NCBI GenBank assembly: GCA_009780315.1 | Contig: WRAH01000009.1 | Location: 13,516 to 77,515 of the forward strand | Length of the DNA stretch: 64,000 nucleotides | Direction: 5' to 3' | DNA from: Defluviitaleaceae bacterium | GTDB taxonomy: Bacteria > Bacillota > Clostridia > Lachnospirales > WQUN01 | Part shown: positions 28,031 to 39,981 of the stretch, piece by piece | Numbering within the stretch: the first letter of the stretch is position 1 | Layout: every line of letters starts with the position of its first letter | Program-made: the position numbers and the translations under genes | Notes under the pieces: model-generated | Database searches by the model: none | Told to the model about the DNA's origin: nothing | What the model saw: the letters and a program-made list of their open reading frames with translations, nothing else

Positions 28031-28561
28031 ATGAATTGGATGCTTTTTTTATCTGACATGATTATTCCTATCACATTTGCAGGGATTCTTATGTATGCAT
28101 TTAGCAGAAAAGTTCCCGTTTATGACCATTTTGTTACCGGTGCAAAAGAAGGCTTTTTTACCGTTTTACATATTGCACCAACCATTGTTGGCTTACTTAT
28201 CTCCGTGGGAATGCTTAGGGCAAGCGGTGCATTTGACTTACTTGGCGGACTTATTGCACCACTGACTGACCGTATCGGATATCCAGCAGAAACCGTACCC
28301 CTTACCCTCATGAGGTTAGTATCATCATCTGCCTCCACAGGTTTGCTTTTGGATATATTTGAAAACTATGGGCCTGATTCATTTATTGGACGCTTTACAT
28401 CCATTATGATGAGCAGTACCGAGACAGTTTTTTACACCATGAGCATTTACTTTATGAGCGTAAAGGTTACAAAAACACGCTTTACACTAGCAGGGGCGTT
28501 GCTTGCCAATTTTACAGGGGTTATGCTTAGTCTCATGATTACCAGATATCTCTATCCATAA
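28031..28561 (+). CDS. spmB: Spore maturation protein B
   Basis: 176-aa membrane protein immediately after spmA, the typical SpmA/SpmB pair. Confidence 0.8.
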   Translation: MNWMLFLSDMIIPITFAGILMYAFSRKVPVYDHFVTGAKEGFFTVLHIAPTIVGLLISVGMLRASGAFDLLGGLIAPLTDRIGYPAETVPLTLMRLVSSSASTGLLLDIFENYGPDSFIGRFTSIMMSSTETVFYTMSIYFMSVKVTKTRFTLAGALLANFTGVMLSLMITRYLYP

Positions 28562-29735
28562 AATTATGTTCGTCTGGGGTAGGTGCTTCAAGTTTTTTCA
28601 CTTCACGGAATGCAATATACTCATCCAATAAATCTTTGAAAATTGCCACAATAGGAATTGCCATAAGCATTCCCAGTACACCAAAATATGCACCGCCAAC
28701 GGTTACACTAATGATAATAAGAATTGGACTTAGTGAAAACGAACCGCCCATGAGCTTTGGCTGAATAACATTGCCGTCAATTTGCTGAATAATAAACATC
28801 ACAACGGCGGCAATGGCGGCAATCCCCAAGCCTTGGGTAAATGCCACGACAATGACAGCAATTGCCGTACCCAAGATAGAGCCAAAGTACGGAATATAAT
28901 TTAATATCCCCAAAATCAACCCTAAAACCAAGAAATAGGGCGAGCCAAATAACGCCAATACTACCATCATAATTGTGCCTAGAATCAAACCGTCAATGGT
29001 TTGTGTATAGATATATTGATGGAAGTTAAAATTTAATTTTTTTGCATACTTTACAATGATTCCACTGGTACGGTCCGTAAAAGCGGCATTGACAAATCTA
29101 CCTGCAAACGCTTTAAGTTTATCTTTTTCAAGTAAGAAATAAATAGACGCGATGATTGAAATAATGAGTTGGAAAACAGCAAAGGCGGCACTGCCAAAGC
29201 CCGTAATAATTTGCCCAAGCAATGCTTCAAAATTAAAACCTTGAATGAAGTCGTAAATAAATTCATTCACTACAGTAATAAGCCCTTCTTCATCAATATC
29301 AGGCACAAACTCAGGCAAATCCCAGCCATCTACAATCAATAACCATTCGCGGAAAGTTGCTTCAAAATCTGGTATCGCTTCAACCAAATCCATGATACTT
29401 TCATAAATTGCAGGTACGATTATGTTAATTAAAATAGCAAAAACAATCACAACCAGCACAGCCGTTGTGACAACGGACAACCCGCGGCTTATTTTTTGCA
29501 CCACTATGTTATTTATCTTTAAGTAAAGCCGTTGAATAAAGGAACATGGCAAATTTAAAATATATGCAATAATCGCACCCAGCACAAATGGCGCAATAAC
29601 ACCCATAAAATGATTCAGTGCTTCTGAAAAAAAAGCAACCTCAGAAATTAGCCGAAACGCAACAATTAACCCCACACCTAAAATAAGATAAGGTATCATT
29701 GAGCGCATCATTCGTGATTTTAAAAACTTGTTCAC
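28539..29735 (-). CDS. AI-2E family transporter (PerM/YtvI-like)
   Basis: 398 aa, about 8 TM segments. GTG start 7 nt after GAGGAG. Its 3' end overlaps spmB by 23 bp. Confidence 0.8.
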   Translation of the reverse strand: MNKFLKSRMMRSMIPYLILGVGLIVAFRLISEVAFFSEALNHFMGVIAPFVLGAIIAYILNLPCSFIQRLYLKINNIVVQKISRGLSVVTTAVLVVIVFAILINIIVPAIYESIMDLVEAIPDFEATFREWLLIVDGWDLPEFVPDIDEEGLITVVNEFIYDFIQGFNFEALLGQIITGFGSAAFAVFQLIISIIASIYFLLEKDKLKAFAGRFVNAAFTDRTSGIIVKYAKKLNFNFHQYIYTQTIDGLILGTIMMVVLALFGSPYFLVLGLILGILNYIPYFGSILGTAIAVIVVAFTQGLGIAAIAAVVMFIIQQIDGNVIQPKLMGGSFSLSPILIIISVTVGGAYFGVLGMLMAIPIVAIFKDLLDEYIAFREVKKLEAPTPDEHNFMDRDIW

Positions 29736-29874
29736 AAAACAACTCCTCAGTTACATAGTACTTATAATATTACCACAATTTTCATCTGCAATCAAAATAA
29801 CATTTGAAAAATACTTATAATCATGTCATAATGCGTTGGTCAAATTGATATAAAACGTATGTGAGGACTACATT

Positions 29875-30933
29875 ATGCTTAAAAATATTCCAATCCGTAA
29901 AATGTTCGTGGCATTTTCTATTACTTTAATTGCTATACTGGCAGTGGCAGGAGGTGCTTATGCTGGAATGCGTGCATTATTTAATCCGCCGCCGCCAACA
30001 GTTGGCAATTATATTACATTAAGACCGCTCCCACCCAGTACAGGGCTTGACGGCAATATTAGTCTGGGAAATACAAACCCTAGTGATGGTGATTCTTATT
30101 ATGAACATCCACCAGAAGTACTTACAAGAGTTCCGCGGCGGCATCCATATTTCTTTACCCTTTTAATTTTTGCAACAGATACTGGCAACAATGTAGACGC
30201 AATGATGGTTGCTTCCTTTGATGCCCGGGAAAATGAAATCAATGTCATTAGCATTCCTCGGGACATACGGGTGGACTCAACCCGTGGCGTAGGACGGCGT
30301 AAGCCTGTGGCTTCATATTCCGCAGGACGCGGCGGCGGACGAGGACATGAAGGGGGCGTTGCTCAATTAAAGAGAGAACTTTCAACCTTAATTGGTTTTG
30401 AACCAGATTTTTATGTACATGTTGATTATAGAGCTTTTGAGCGTTTGATTGATGCGGTGGGCGGCGTAGAAATTGATGTACCCCGCCGTATGTTTTATGT
30501 CCAAGGGGGTGCTGTGGATATCAATATCCCCGCAGGTTTACAAGTCATGGATGGACGCACCGCTTCACACTTTGCCCGTTATCGCCATTCGATTACTGAC
30601 TATGGACGTATGGAAAACCAACAGGCAATTCTTACTGCCCTATATCAAGAAATGCTTTCCCCCAGTATGATTTTGCAACTGCCAGAACTTATCCGCATTT
30701 ATCAAGAAAATGTAAACACCGATATGTCTTTTCAAGATATGCTATGGTTTGTAAACCACCTCAGTCATATGGACATGAGCGGGCTTTCAACCTATACATT
30801 GCCTACCAGTCATACAGTACGGCAAGGTTGGTATGAAATGCCTGATAGTGCAGGTATTCTTGAGCTTATTAACCGCACAATTAACCCTCTTGCTATTGAT
30901 ATTACCCCAGAAATGGTGCGTCATATACAATGA
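29875..30933 (+). CDS. LCP (LytR-CpsA-Psr) family cell-wall glycopolymer transferase
   Basis: N-terminal TM anchor and an LCP core (NVISIPRDIRVD...VGGVEIDVP...RYRH). Confidence 0.85.
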   Translation: MLKNIPIRKMFVAFSITLIAILAVAGGAYAGMRALFNPPPPTVGNYITLRPLPPSTGLDGNISLGNTNPSDGDSYYEHPPEVLTRVPRRHPYFFTLLIFATDTGNNVDAMMVASFDARENEINVISIPRDIRVDSTRGVGRRKPVASYSAGRGGGRGHEGGVAQLKRELSTLIGFEPDFYVHVDYRAFERLIDAVGGVEIDVPRRMFYVQGGAVDINIPAGLQVMDGRTASHFARYRHSITDYGRMENQQAILTALYQEMLSPSMILQLPELIRIYQENVNTDMSFQDMLWFVNHLSHMDMSGLSTYTLPTSHTVRQGWYEMPDSAGILELINRTINPLAIDITPEMVRHIQ

Positions 30934-32897
30934 CAAACACAATACGTATACATGAACTTGTAGCAAAGCTTACGGCTGCCAATCGTGCGTACTACCAAGA
31001 AAACCGCGAAATCATGACCGACTTGGAGTATGATACCCTCTATGATGAACTGGTTGAACTAGAAAAATCCAGCGGAATACAATTGGCAGGCAGTCCAACA
31101 CGAAAAGTAGGCTATGAAATCGTAAGTGGGTTAGCTAAAGTCCCACACACTACCCCCATGCTTTCCCTTGATAAAACAAAAAGCCCTGAAACTTTGGAGA
31201 CATTTTTAGATGACCAAGTCGGGCTTTTATCATGGAAACTTGACGGGTTAACCATTATTTTAAAATATGAAAATGGTGAATTAAAACAAGCCTTAACCCG
31301 CGGAAATGGCAATGTAGGTGAAGATGTAACCCACAATGCACGTTTTTTTTCTAATGTACCCCTAACTGTGCCTTATAAAGGGATTTTTGATTTACGCGGA
31401 GAAGCAGTGATTACATTATCCGATTTTGAAGCCATTAACGAAAACGCAGAATATAAAAACCCACGCAACCTATGTAGTGGAGCTGTTCGTCAACTCAATA
31501 ACGAAATTACAGCGTCCAGACGGGTTCTTTTTTATGCCTTTGGCACACGCAGCACATCAGACAATACAAAGTCTGCCCAATTAGAATGGCTGTCTTCCCA
31601 AGGTTTTGACATTGTTCCATATGAAATGGTAACAGGGCAAAATGTAACAGAAGCCATAGCACGTTTTAAAGAAAAAATCCCCACTGCCCCATGGGCAACA
31701 GATGGGCTGGTTTTAACATATAACGATATTGCCTACAGCGAATCCCTTGGCGCAACGTCTAAATTTCCACGGGACAGTATCGCCTTTAAGTGGGCAGACG
31801 AATTGGCTGAAACCACATTGCTCACCATAGAATGGAATACTTCACGCACAGGCCGTATAAACCCTGTGGCAATTTTCGAGCCTGTAGACATTGAAGGCTC
31901 ACAAGTAAGCCAAGCCAGCGTACACAATGTAAGTATCTTGCGTGAACTTGAACTATGCCCAAACGACCGCATTACGGTTTACAAAGCCAATATGATAATC
32001 CCGCAAGTTGCTGAAAATTTAAGCCAAAAAGATAACACGCCCCGAGAAGTGATGATTCCCACTGCATGTCAAGCATGTGGGGGAGCAACAGAAATCATAG
32101 GCGACCCAGAGGTTTTATACTGCACAAACCCCGCATGTGATGCACAGCAAATACGCGCCCTCTCCCACTTTGTAAGCCGTGATGCTTTAAATATTGCAGG
32201 GCTTTCTGAACAAACATTGGAAAAATTCGTGACCCAAGGTATCGTCACCAATTATATGAGCCTATTTGATTTACAAACCCATGAAGATACTATTTTACAA
32301 ATGGAAGGCTTCGGGCAAAAGTCTTACGAAAAATTAACAACTGCCATTGAAACTGCCAAAGATATACCACTACCCAACTTCATTTATGCACTGGGCATAC
32401 GTCATGTCGGTTTGTCCAATGCAAAGTTATTATGTAAATATGTAAAATATGATGCGATGAAAATTTTGGAAATGTGCAAAGATGAAAATTATCAAGAATT
32501 GCTGGTTGAAATCAAAGGCTATGGAGATGCAATCGCCAATAGTCTACACCAGTATTTCATTGTAGAAAAAAATGAAGCCCTATATAAACACGCCCTTTCT
32601 ATTTTGCGTATACAGTTTCCAGAAGAAAATCCTGCCGAACAACCTTTGGTTGACCTATCTTTCGTCATTACAGGTGATGTTACCCAATTTAAAAACCGTA
32701 AAACCCTATCCGACTTTATAGAAACCCATGGTGGGCGCACCACAGGCACAGTCACCGCAAAAACTTCCTATCTTATCAATAACGACATCACATCAACCAC
32801 AGGCAAAAATAAAAAGGCCACCCAACTGGGCGTGCCTGTAATAACCGAGGATGATTTTCTTAAACTTATAGCAATAAGGCAATCAGAGGTACAGTAA
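30930..32897 (+). CDS. ligA: NAD-dependent DNA ligase
   Basis: KxDG adenylation site (WKLDGLTII), Zn finger CQACGG...CTNPAC, HhH region and a C-terminal BRCT domain (FVITGDV). Confidence 0.97.
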   Translation: MTNTIRIHELVAKLTAANRAYYQENREIMTDLEYDTLYDELVELEKSSGIQLAGSPTRKVGYEIVSGLAKVPHTTPMLSLDKTKSPETLETFLDDQVGLLSWKLDGLTIILKYENGELKQALTRGNGNVGEDVTHNARFFSNVPLTVPYKGIFDLRGEAVITLSDFEAINENAEYKNPRNLCSGAVRQLNNEITASRRVLFYAFGTRSTSDNTKSAQLEWLSSQGFDIVPYEMVTGQNVTEAIARFKEKIPTAPWATDGLVLTYNDIAYSESLGATSKFPRDSIAFKWADELAETTLLTIEWNTSRTGRINPVAIFEPVDIEGSQVSQASVHNVSILRELELCPNDRITVYKANMIIPQVAENLSQKDNTPREVMIPTACQACGGATEIIGDPEVLYCTNPACDAQQIRALSHFVSRDALNIAGLSEQTLEKFVTQGIVTNYMSLFDLQTHEDTILQMEGFGQKSYEKLTTAIETAKDIPLPNFIYALGIRHVGLSNAKLLCKYVKYDAMKILEMCKDENYQELLVEIKGYGDAIANSLHQYFIVEKNEALYKHALSILRIQFPEENPAEQPLVDLSFVITGDVTQFKNRKTLSDFIETHGGRTTGTVTAKTSYLINNDITSTTGKNKKATQLGVPVITEDDFLKLIAIRQSEVQ

Positions 32898-33789
32898 TTG
32901 CGCATAAAATCGTTGGCACAACTACAAATTTAGCGGCGGCAACACTATCCCCGCCAAACTGGTCTGCAAAAATAGCAGTAGAAGCCGCAGGGGGCATTGC
33001 CATGAGTGTAACAATCACACTAAGCATCAGTGGATTAGGCACAAACCATCGGAGTATAAACAAAGCCGCTAAGGGAATGACCACCAGTTTTATTACCGTA
33101 GGCGGTAAAATTTTTATATCTGTAAAAGAGTCCCGCAATCTTTGCTTTGCTAACATCCCGCCAATAAGCACCATGGAAAGAGGTGTGGTCATATTGCTCA
33201 CCAAGGCAATGCCGCCTTCAAGGGGTGCAGGCAATCTCAACCCTGTCAAAAACAATACAAAACCAATCAACGTTACAGGAATAGCAGGACTATTTTTCAT
33301 CACTTGTAAAATCCGAATTTCTTTTGGGCCTCCTGAAAACATACGTACACCTACTGTAAATGACAAAATAGTAAAAGAAGCCGCCGCCATGGATACATAA
33401 ATTAACCCTTCAGGCCCAAAAACAGCCATAACCACAGGGATTCCAATAAACCCAACATTGCTGAAAGCACAGCCAAACTGCCAAGATTCCTTAATGCCAT
33501 CAGGCATTTTCATAAGCTTTGCAACCCCAAGACCTAAATATCCGCCTGCTATGTAAAGCACACCGGTAATCACAAAAGAAGCCAAAGATTCAATCATAAG
33601 CTCCCGAGAAAAAGGTTGCATTAACGCGATAAAAACAGTGCAGGGCATGGCTACACGCATTAAAATCACCGTCATACCGCCCATATGTTCATCGTTAATA
33701 AGCCGCTGTCTGCGGCACACAAAACCCAATACTATACAAACTGCAAGGGCAGTTAGGCTATTTGTAAATGTAAGAAATAATCCGTCCAT
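32866..33789 (-). CDS. AEC (auxin efflux carrier) family transporter
   Basis: 307-aa polytopic membrane protein with an AEC-like two-half topology. Confidence 0.75.
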   Translation of the reverse strand: MDGLFLTFTNSLTALAVCIVLGFVCRRQRLINDEHMGGMTVILMRVAMPCTVFIALMQPFSRELMIESLASFVITGVLYIAGGYLGLGVAKLMKMPDGIKESWQFGCAFSNVGFIGIPVVMAVFGPEGLIYVSMAAASFTILSFTVGVRMFSGGPKEIRILQVMKNSPAIPVTLIGFVLFLTGLRLPAPLEGGIALVSNMTTPLSMVLIGGMLAKQRLRDSFTDIKILPPTVIKLVVIPLAALFILRWFVPNPLMLSVIVTLMAMPPAASTAIFADQFGGDSVAAAKFVVVPTILCAITVPLIALLL

Positions 33790-33804
33790 ATCTATACATT
33801 AACA

Positions 33805-33846
33805 CAAAAAACGCCTTATCACAATCATGATAAGGCGTTTTTTTGT
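33805..33846 (-). terminator. Intrinsic terminator after groEL
   Basis: Hairpin aacgccttatc...gataaggcgtt with A and T runs on both sides. Confidence 0.75.
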
Positions 33847-33934
33847 CTTTTTCTTTAATATATGGCTTCGAGACGTTAACTAAAAACCTAATATGCAATT
33901 ACAGCGGTTATAGCCGCAGTACCGCAAGGGCTGG

Positions 33935-35572
<1,638 letters not shown>

Positions 35573-35584
35573 CTACCTCCAGAA

Positions 35585-35881
<297 letters not shown>

Positions 35882-35907
35882 TTAGGAAATAAGTTTACTA
35901 TGTTTTA

Positions 35908-35934
35908 TTAGCACTCTCGTCAATTGAGTGCTAA
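35908..35934 (-). promoter_or_regulatory. CIRCE operator (HrcA binding site)
   Basis: Perfect TTAGCACTC-N9-GAGTGCTAA between the promoter and the groES SD. Confidence 0.95.
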
Positions 35935-35937
35935 TAC

Positions 35938-35966
35938 AGTTTAATCTTGGACGCAGTCTTATGCAA
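35938..35966 (-). promoter_or_regulatory. Sigma-A-type groESL promoter
   Basis: Minus strand reads TTGCAT, a 17-nt spacer, then TAAACT, directly upstream of CIRCE. Confidence 0.65.
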
Positions 35967-36195
35967 TGGCTGAAATCATATAAATATCCATATATTTCAC
36001 CATATTTAACTAATTTCATTGGAAATTTATTCGTTTTTTGCGTTTAGCTTTAATTTGGTAAATATTATGCGTGTTTTCAGTGTAATGATATGAAAAAGTT
36101 TGCATTAGGGCTTGATTTATGACAAAATCTAAGCATATGGTCATCATGGGTTTAATATGTTATATAGAATGGAAATACTGGATATTGAAACTGAA

Positions 36196-37650
36196 ATGGA
36201 GTTGAAGTGCTTGAAGTTAAGTGAACTACTTAAAAATATCCCCCACGAAATGATACAAGGGGATGACTGCGAAATTTTGACGGCTGAAATTGATTCCCGC
36301 AAAGTCAAGTCTAAGACATTATTTATATGTCAACAAGGGCTGACTGTAGATGGGCATGACTATATTCAAGGGGCTGTTCAAAAAGGTGCTTCGGCAATTT
36401 TAATAGAAAACAAATCCGTCCCATTACCAGCTGATGTGGCTGTTGTATATGTAGAAAATACCCGTAAAGCAACTGCGTATTTGGCGGCTAATTTACATGG
36501 TAATCCTGCCAAAAAGCTTCGCTTAATCGGCGCAACAGGAACCAACGGTAAAACCAGCGTCACTTGTTTTATTGAAGAAATTTTGCGTCAATGCGGACGC
36601 AAAACAGGACTGATTGGCACAAATGGCGCACGTATTGGGGAAAAGCCGCTGGATATTTCCTTTTTAACCTCAACTACCCCCGACCAGTTAGAACTTCATG
36701 CTATTTTTGCCCAAATGCTTTCTGAAGGTGTACAAGATGTGGTTATGGAAGTATCTTCTCATGCATTGGCACTTTACAAAATGGAAGGGCTTACTTTTGA
36801 TGTAAGCGTTTTTACAAACTTGACCCAAGACCATCTTGATTTTCATGGCACAATGGAAAACTATCGTCTAGCCAAAGCCGCACTTTTTACACAAAGTCAA
36901 TTTGCCGTGGTCAATGCAGATGATGAATCTACCTCCACCATGCTTGCACACCATGGAGATGACCCATTTACCACTTATGGCATAGATAACCCAGCAAACC
37001 TACAGGCAATACATATCAAATATGAGCCAATGGGCATTATCTTTGACCTTGCCGAAAAACAATACACCTTACCGATAAAAGGAAAGTTTAATATCTATAA
37101 CACTTTAGCCGCCATTGGCACTGCCCAAGCATTAGGGCTTGATGAAAATGCCATTTGCAAAGCGGTGTCTCAACTCACAGGCGTACCTGGAAGGATTCAG
37201 TCTGTGCCAAATAACCGTGGATTGAATGTTTTTGTAGATTATGCCCATTCTCCTGACGGGCTGGTGAATATTATTTCCTCTGTCCGTGAATTTACAACAG
37301 GGCGCGTCATTACGTTATTTGGCTGTGGAGGCGACCGTGATACATTAAAACGCCCAATCATGGGGCGTATTGCTGGGGAAATGTCAGACTTTTGCATACT
37401 TACATCAGATAACCCCCGCACAGAAAACCCTATGGAAATCCTTAAACAAGTAGAAGAAGGCATAAGAGAAGTTTCTACCCATTATATATCCATAGAAAAC
37501 CGCCGTGATGCCATTTTCAGCGGAATAAAAATGTTAAGCCATGGAGATTCACTTATTATCGCAGGCAAAGGGCATGAGGACTATCAAATCATCGGCACAA
37601 AAACTTTTCATTTCAGCGATTACGAAGTAGCATTGGAGGCTTTATCGTGA
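36196..37650 (+). CDS. murE: UDP-N-acetylmuramoyl-L-alanyl-D-glutamate--2,6-diaminopimelate ligase
   Basis: GATGTNGKTS P-loop and the DNPR motif (TSDNPRTENP), which indicates meso-DAP specificity. The start is uncertain: ATG 36157, ATG 36196, or TTG 36211 after a GGAG. Confidence 0.93.
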   Translation: MELKCLKLSELLKNIPHEMIQGDDCEILTAEIDSRKVKSKTLFICQQGLTVDGHDYIQGAVQKGASAILIENKSVPLPADVAVVYVENTRKATAYLAANLHGNPAKKLRLIGATGTNGKTSVTCFIEEILRQCGRKTGLIGTNGARIGEKPLDISFLTSTTPDQLELHAIFAQMLSEGVQDVVMEVSSHALALYKMEGLTFDVSVFTNLTQDHLDFHGTMENYRLAKAALFTQSQFAVVNADDESTSTMLAHHGDDPFTTYGIDNPANLQAIHIKYEPMGIIFDLAEKQYTLPIKGKFNIYNTLAAIGTAQALGLDENAICKAVSQLTGVPGRIQSVPNNRGLNVFVDYAHSPDGLVNIISSVREFTTGRVITLFGCGGDRDTLKRPIMGRIAGEMSDFCILTSDNPRTENPMEILKQVEEGIREVSTHYISIENRRDAIFSGIKMLSHGDSLIIAGKGHEDYQIIGTKTFHFSDYEVALEALS

Positions 37651-39008
37651 ATCTTAGTATAAAGGAAATTGTAAAGGCAGTGGGCGGTAGGTTATTAGGC
37701 GAGTCTGAAGCAATGATTACCAGTATATCCACCGACACACGAAAATTTGCGCCCAATGCATTATTTGTGCCTATTGCAGGAGAAGTATTTGACGGGCATG
37801 ACTTTATTCAACAGGCAAAAGACAATGGTGCGGTTTGCGCTTTGACAGAAAAGAAAAACGCTGTAGATGAGGGGATTCCGCTCATTTATGTACAGTCAAC
37901 CCGCCGTGCCTTAATGGACTTGGCAGGATACTACCGCCAAAAGCATGACATCACTGTTGTTGCAGTCACAGGCAGTGCCGGCAAAACCACAACAAAAGAC
38001 ATGATGTATCATATCTTAGCACGTAAGTATAAAACAAAAAAAACCATGGGTAATTTTAATAATGATATCGGTCTGCCTCTATCTATATTTCAACTGGAAT
38101 CAGATGATGAGGTATTAGTGCTTGAAATGGGTATGAACCATGCCAATGAAATTCATGAACTCAGTCTCATAGGTGCGCCAGACATTGCTGTAATTACCCA
38201 TATAGGCGATGCCCATATAGAAAATTTTGAAAACCGTGAGGGCATTCTTCACGCAAAATTAGAAATCGTTGACGGATTAAAGCCCAATGGCAAAGTTGTA
38301 CTCAATGGTGATGATATTCTGCTTACAGGGGAAATTGCCAAGGATAAAGTAAAACATTTTGATGCGCTTTATCCCCATTCAGAAAACATCATACAAGCTG
38401 AACCTATGGGTCTACAAGGAAGCCGTTGTCATTTTAGATGGCGGGATAAAGATTTATTTGTTGATGTGCATATGCCTGGCACACATATGGTGATGAACGC
38501 TTTACTTGCCGCCGTTGTAGGCTTGGAAATGGGCGTTTCTCCAGAAGAAATTACAAAGGGCTTTGAAGATTTTGAGCCGCCGAAAGGACGGCTAACTGTT
38601 GCACACACACACCATATGACCATTATCAGTGATGTGTACAATTCCAATCCCGCCGCTGTGCGTGAAGGCATTAAAGTGTTGCAAAAGGAAAAAAATGAGC
38701 ATAATCGTACAGTCGCCATTCTTGGAGATATTGGGGAGCTTGGTCATGTTGCAGTCCCACGGCACTATGAATTAGGAGTGTTTGCGGCAGAAAGCGGCAT
38801 TGACTTATTGATTGCCATTGGTGAATTGTCATGTAATATGTATGAAGGGTTTATAAAATCCACAGCCAAAGACAAAGCCGTCTACTTTGAAACCGTATCA
38901 GAATTTTTGACCCATTGGAAGGATTTATTAAAACCCAATGATGTGGTGCTTATCAAAGCTTCCCGAAGCATGACGTTTGAAAATATTACGAATGCACTTA
39001 CGAAATAG
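37647..39008 (+). CDS. murF: UDP-N-acetylmuramoyl-tripeptide--D-alanyl-D-alanine ligase
   Basis: VTGSAGKTTTKD P-loop. Its start overlaps the murE stop. Confidence 0.95.
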   Translation: MNLSIKEIVKAVGGRLLGESEAMITSISTDTRKFAPNALFVPIAGEVFDGHDFIQQAKDNGAVCALTEKKNAVDEGIPLIYVQSTRRALMDLAGYYRQKHDITVVAVTGSAGKTTTKDMMYHILARKYKTKKTMGNFNNDIGLPLSIFQLESDDEVLVLEMGMNHANEIHELSLIGAPDIAVITHIGDAHIENFENREGILHAKLEIVDGLKPNGKVVLNGDDILLTGEIAKDKVKHFDALYPHSENIIQAEPMGLQGSRCHFRWRDKDLFVDVHMPGTHMVMNALLAAVVGLEMGVSPEEITKGFEDFEPPKGRLTVAHTHHMTIISDVYNSNPAAVREGIKVLQKEKNEHNRTVAILGDIGELGHVAVPRHYELGVFAAESGIDLLIAIGELSCNMYEGFIKSTAKDKAVYFETVSEFLTHWKDLLKPNDVVLIKASRSMTFENITNALTK

Positions 39009-39020
39009 GAGTGAACTTTT

Positions 39021-39980
39021 ATGAACACAGCCATATACGCAGTGCTTATTGCCTTTGTCGCCAATATTGCACTTACCCCAATGCTTATTCCATCATTGGT
39101 TAAGCTAAAATTCGGGCAATTTGTGCGGGATGACGGGCCTAAGTCACACATGAAAAAGGCGAAAACACCCACAATGGGTGGGATTATGATTATCATTAGT
39201 TTTTTGCTTGCATCACTCATTTTCATGCGCGGCAATCCAGAAGCAATGGCAATTATTATCACCACTGTGGCATTTGGGTTTGTGGGCTTTTTAGATGATT
39301 TTATCAAAATCACAAAGAAGCGCAGCATGGGGCTTCGTGCATGGCAAAAGCTTACATGCCAGCTGGCTATTTCTATTGGATTTGTCTTGTTTTGGCGTAC
39401 TTTACCTGCATACTCTACAGAATTGCTTATCCCATTCTTTCCTGAACTCACCTTTAATCTAGGCTTTTTGTATCCTGTGTTTGTGATTTTTATTTTTTTA
39501 GGCACAACAAATGGTGCAAACCTTACAGATGGACTTGACGGACTTGCAGCAGGTGTAACCGCACTGATTGCTTGCTTTTTTATGTTTGCCGCATGGATTA
39601 TGGACTCGGCAACCCTTCCTGTGGCAGGGGCAGCCGTGGGCGCACTTTTAGGCTTTTTGTTGTTTAACTCCCACCCTGCGAAGGTATTTATGGGGGATAC
39701 AGGTTCGCTGGCGTTAGGGGGATTTGTGGCATCTATTGCATTGATTTTGCAAATGCCCTTATTCCTTGTTATTGTGGCAATTATTTATGTTATTGAATCC
39801 CTTTCCGTAATTATTCAAGTGGTATATTTCAAAATGACACGTCAAAGATTTTTCAAAATGGCACCTATTCACCATGCTTTTGAGCTTTCTGGTTGGGCAG
39901 AAACTAAAGTTGTGGCGTTTTTCTATATTGTTACAACCATGGCGGCTTTACTTGGATATTTAGCCATACGGGGGTTTTAA
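39021..39980 (+). CDS. mraY: Phospho-N-acetylmuramoyl-pentapeptide transferase
   Basis: Blocks DDFIKI, NLTDGLDGLA and MGDTGSLALGG. Confidence 0.97.
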   Translation: MNTAIYAVLIAFVANIALTPMLIPSLVKLKFGQFVRDDGPKSHMKKAKTPTMGGIMIIISFLLASLIFMRGNPEAMAIIITTVAFGFVGFLDDFIKITKKRSMGLRAWQKLTCQLAISIGFVLFWRTLPAYSTELLIPFFPELTFNLGFLYPVFVIFIFLGTTNGANLTDGLDGLAAGVTALIACFFMFAAWIMDSATLPVAGAAVGALLGFLLFNSHPAKVFMGDTGSLALGGFVASIALILQMPLFLVIVAIIYVIESLSVIIQVVYFKMTRQRFFKMAPIHHAFELSGWAETKVVAFFYIVTTMAALLGYLAIRGF

Positions 39981-39981
39981 A

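Noticed and set aside
38882-39505. 207-aa antisense ORF across the murF / mraY junction. Similar long antisense ORFs occur at 35148..35675, 56402..57115, 9153..9608, 10587..11135, 7731..8207, 19013..19483 and 55490..55975.
   Set aside because: Each lies opposite a gene with unmistakable family motifs. None has an RBS, and all have low-complexity or biased composition typical of shadow ORFs.
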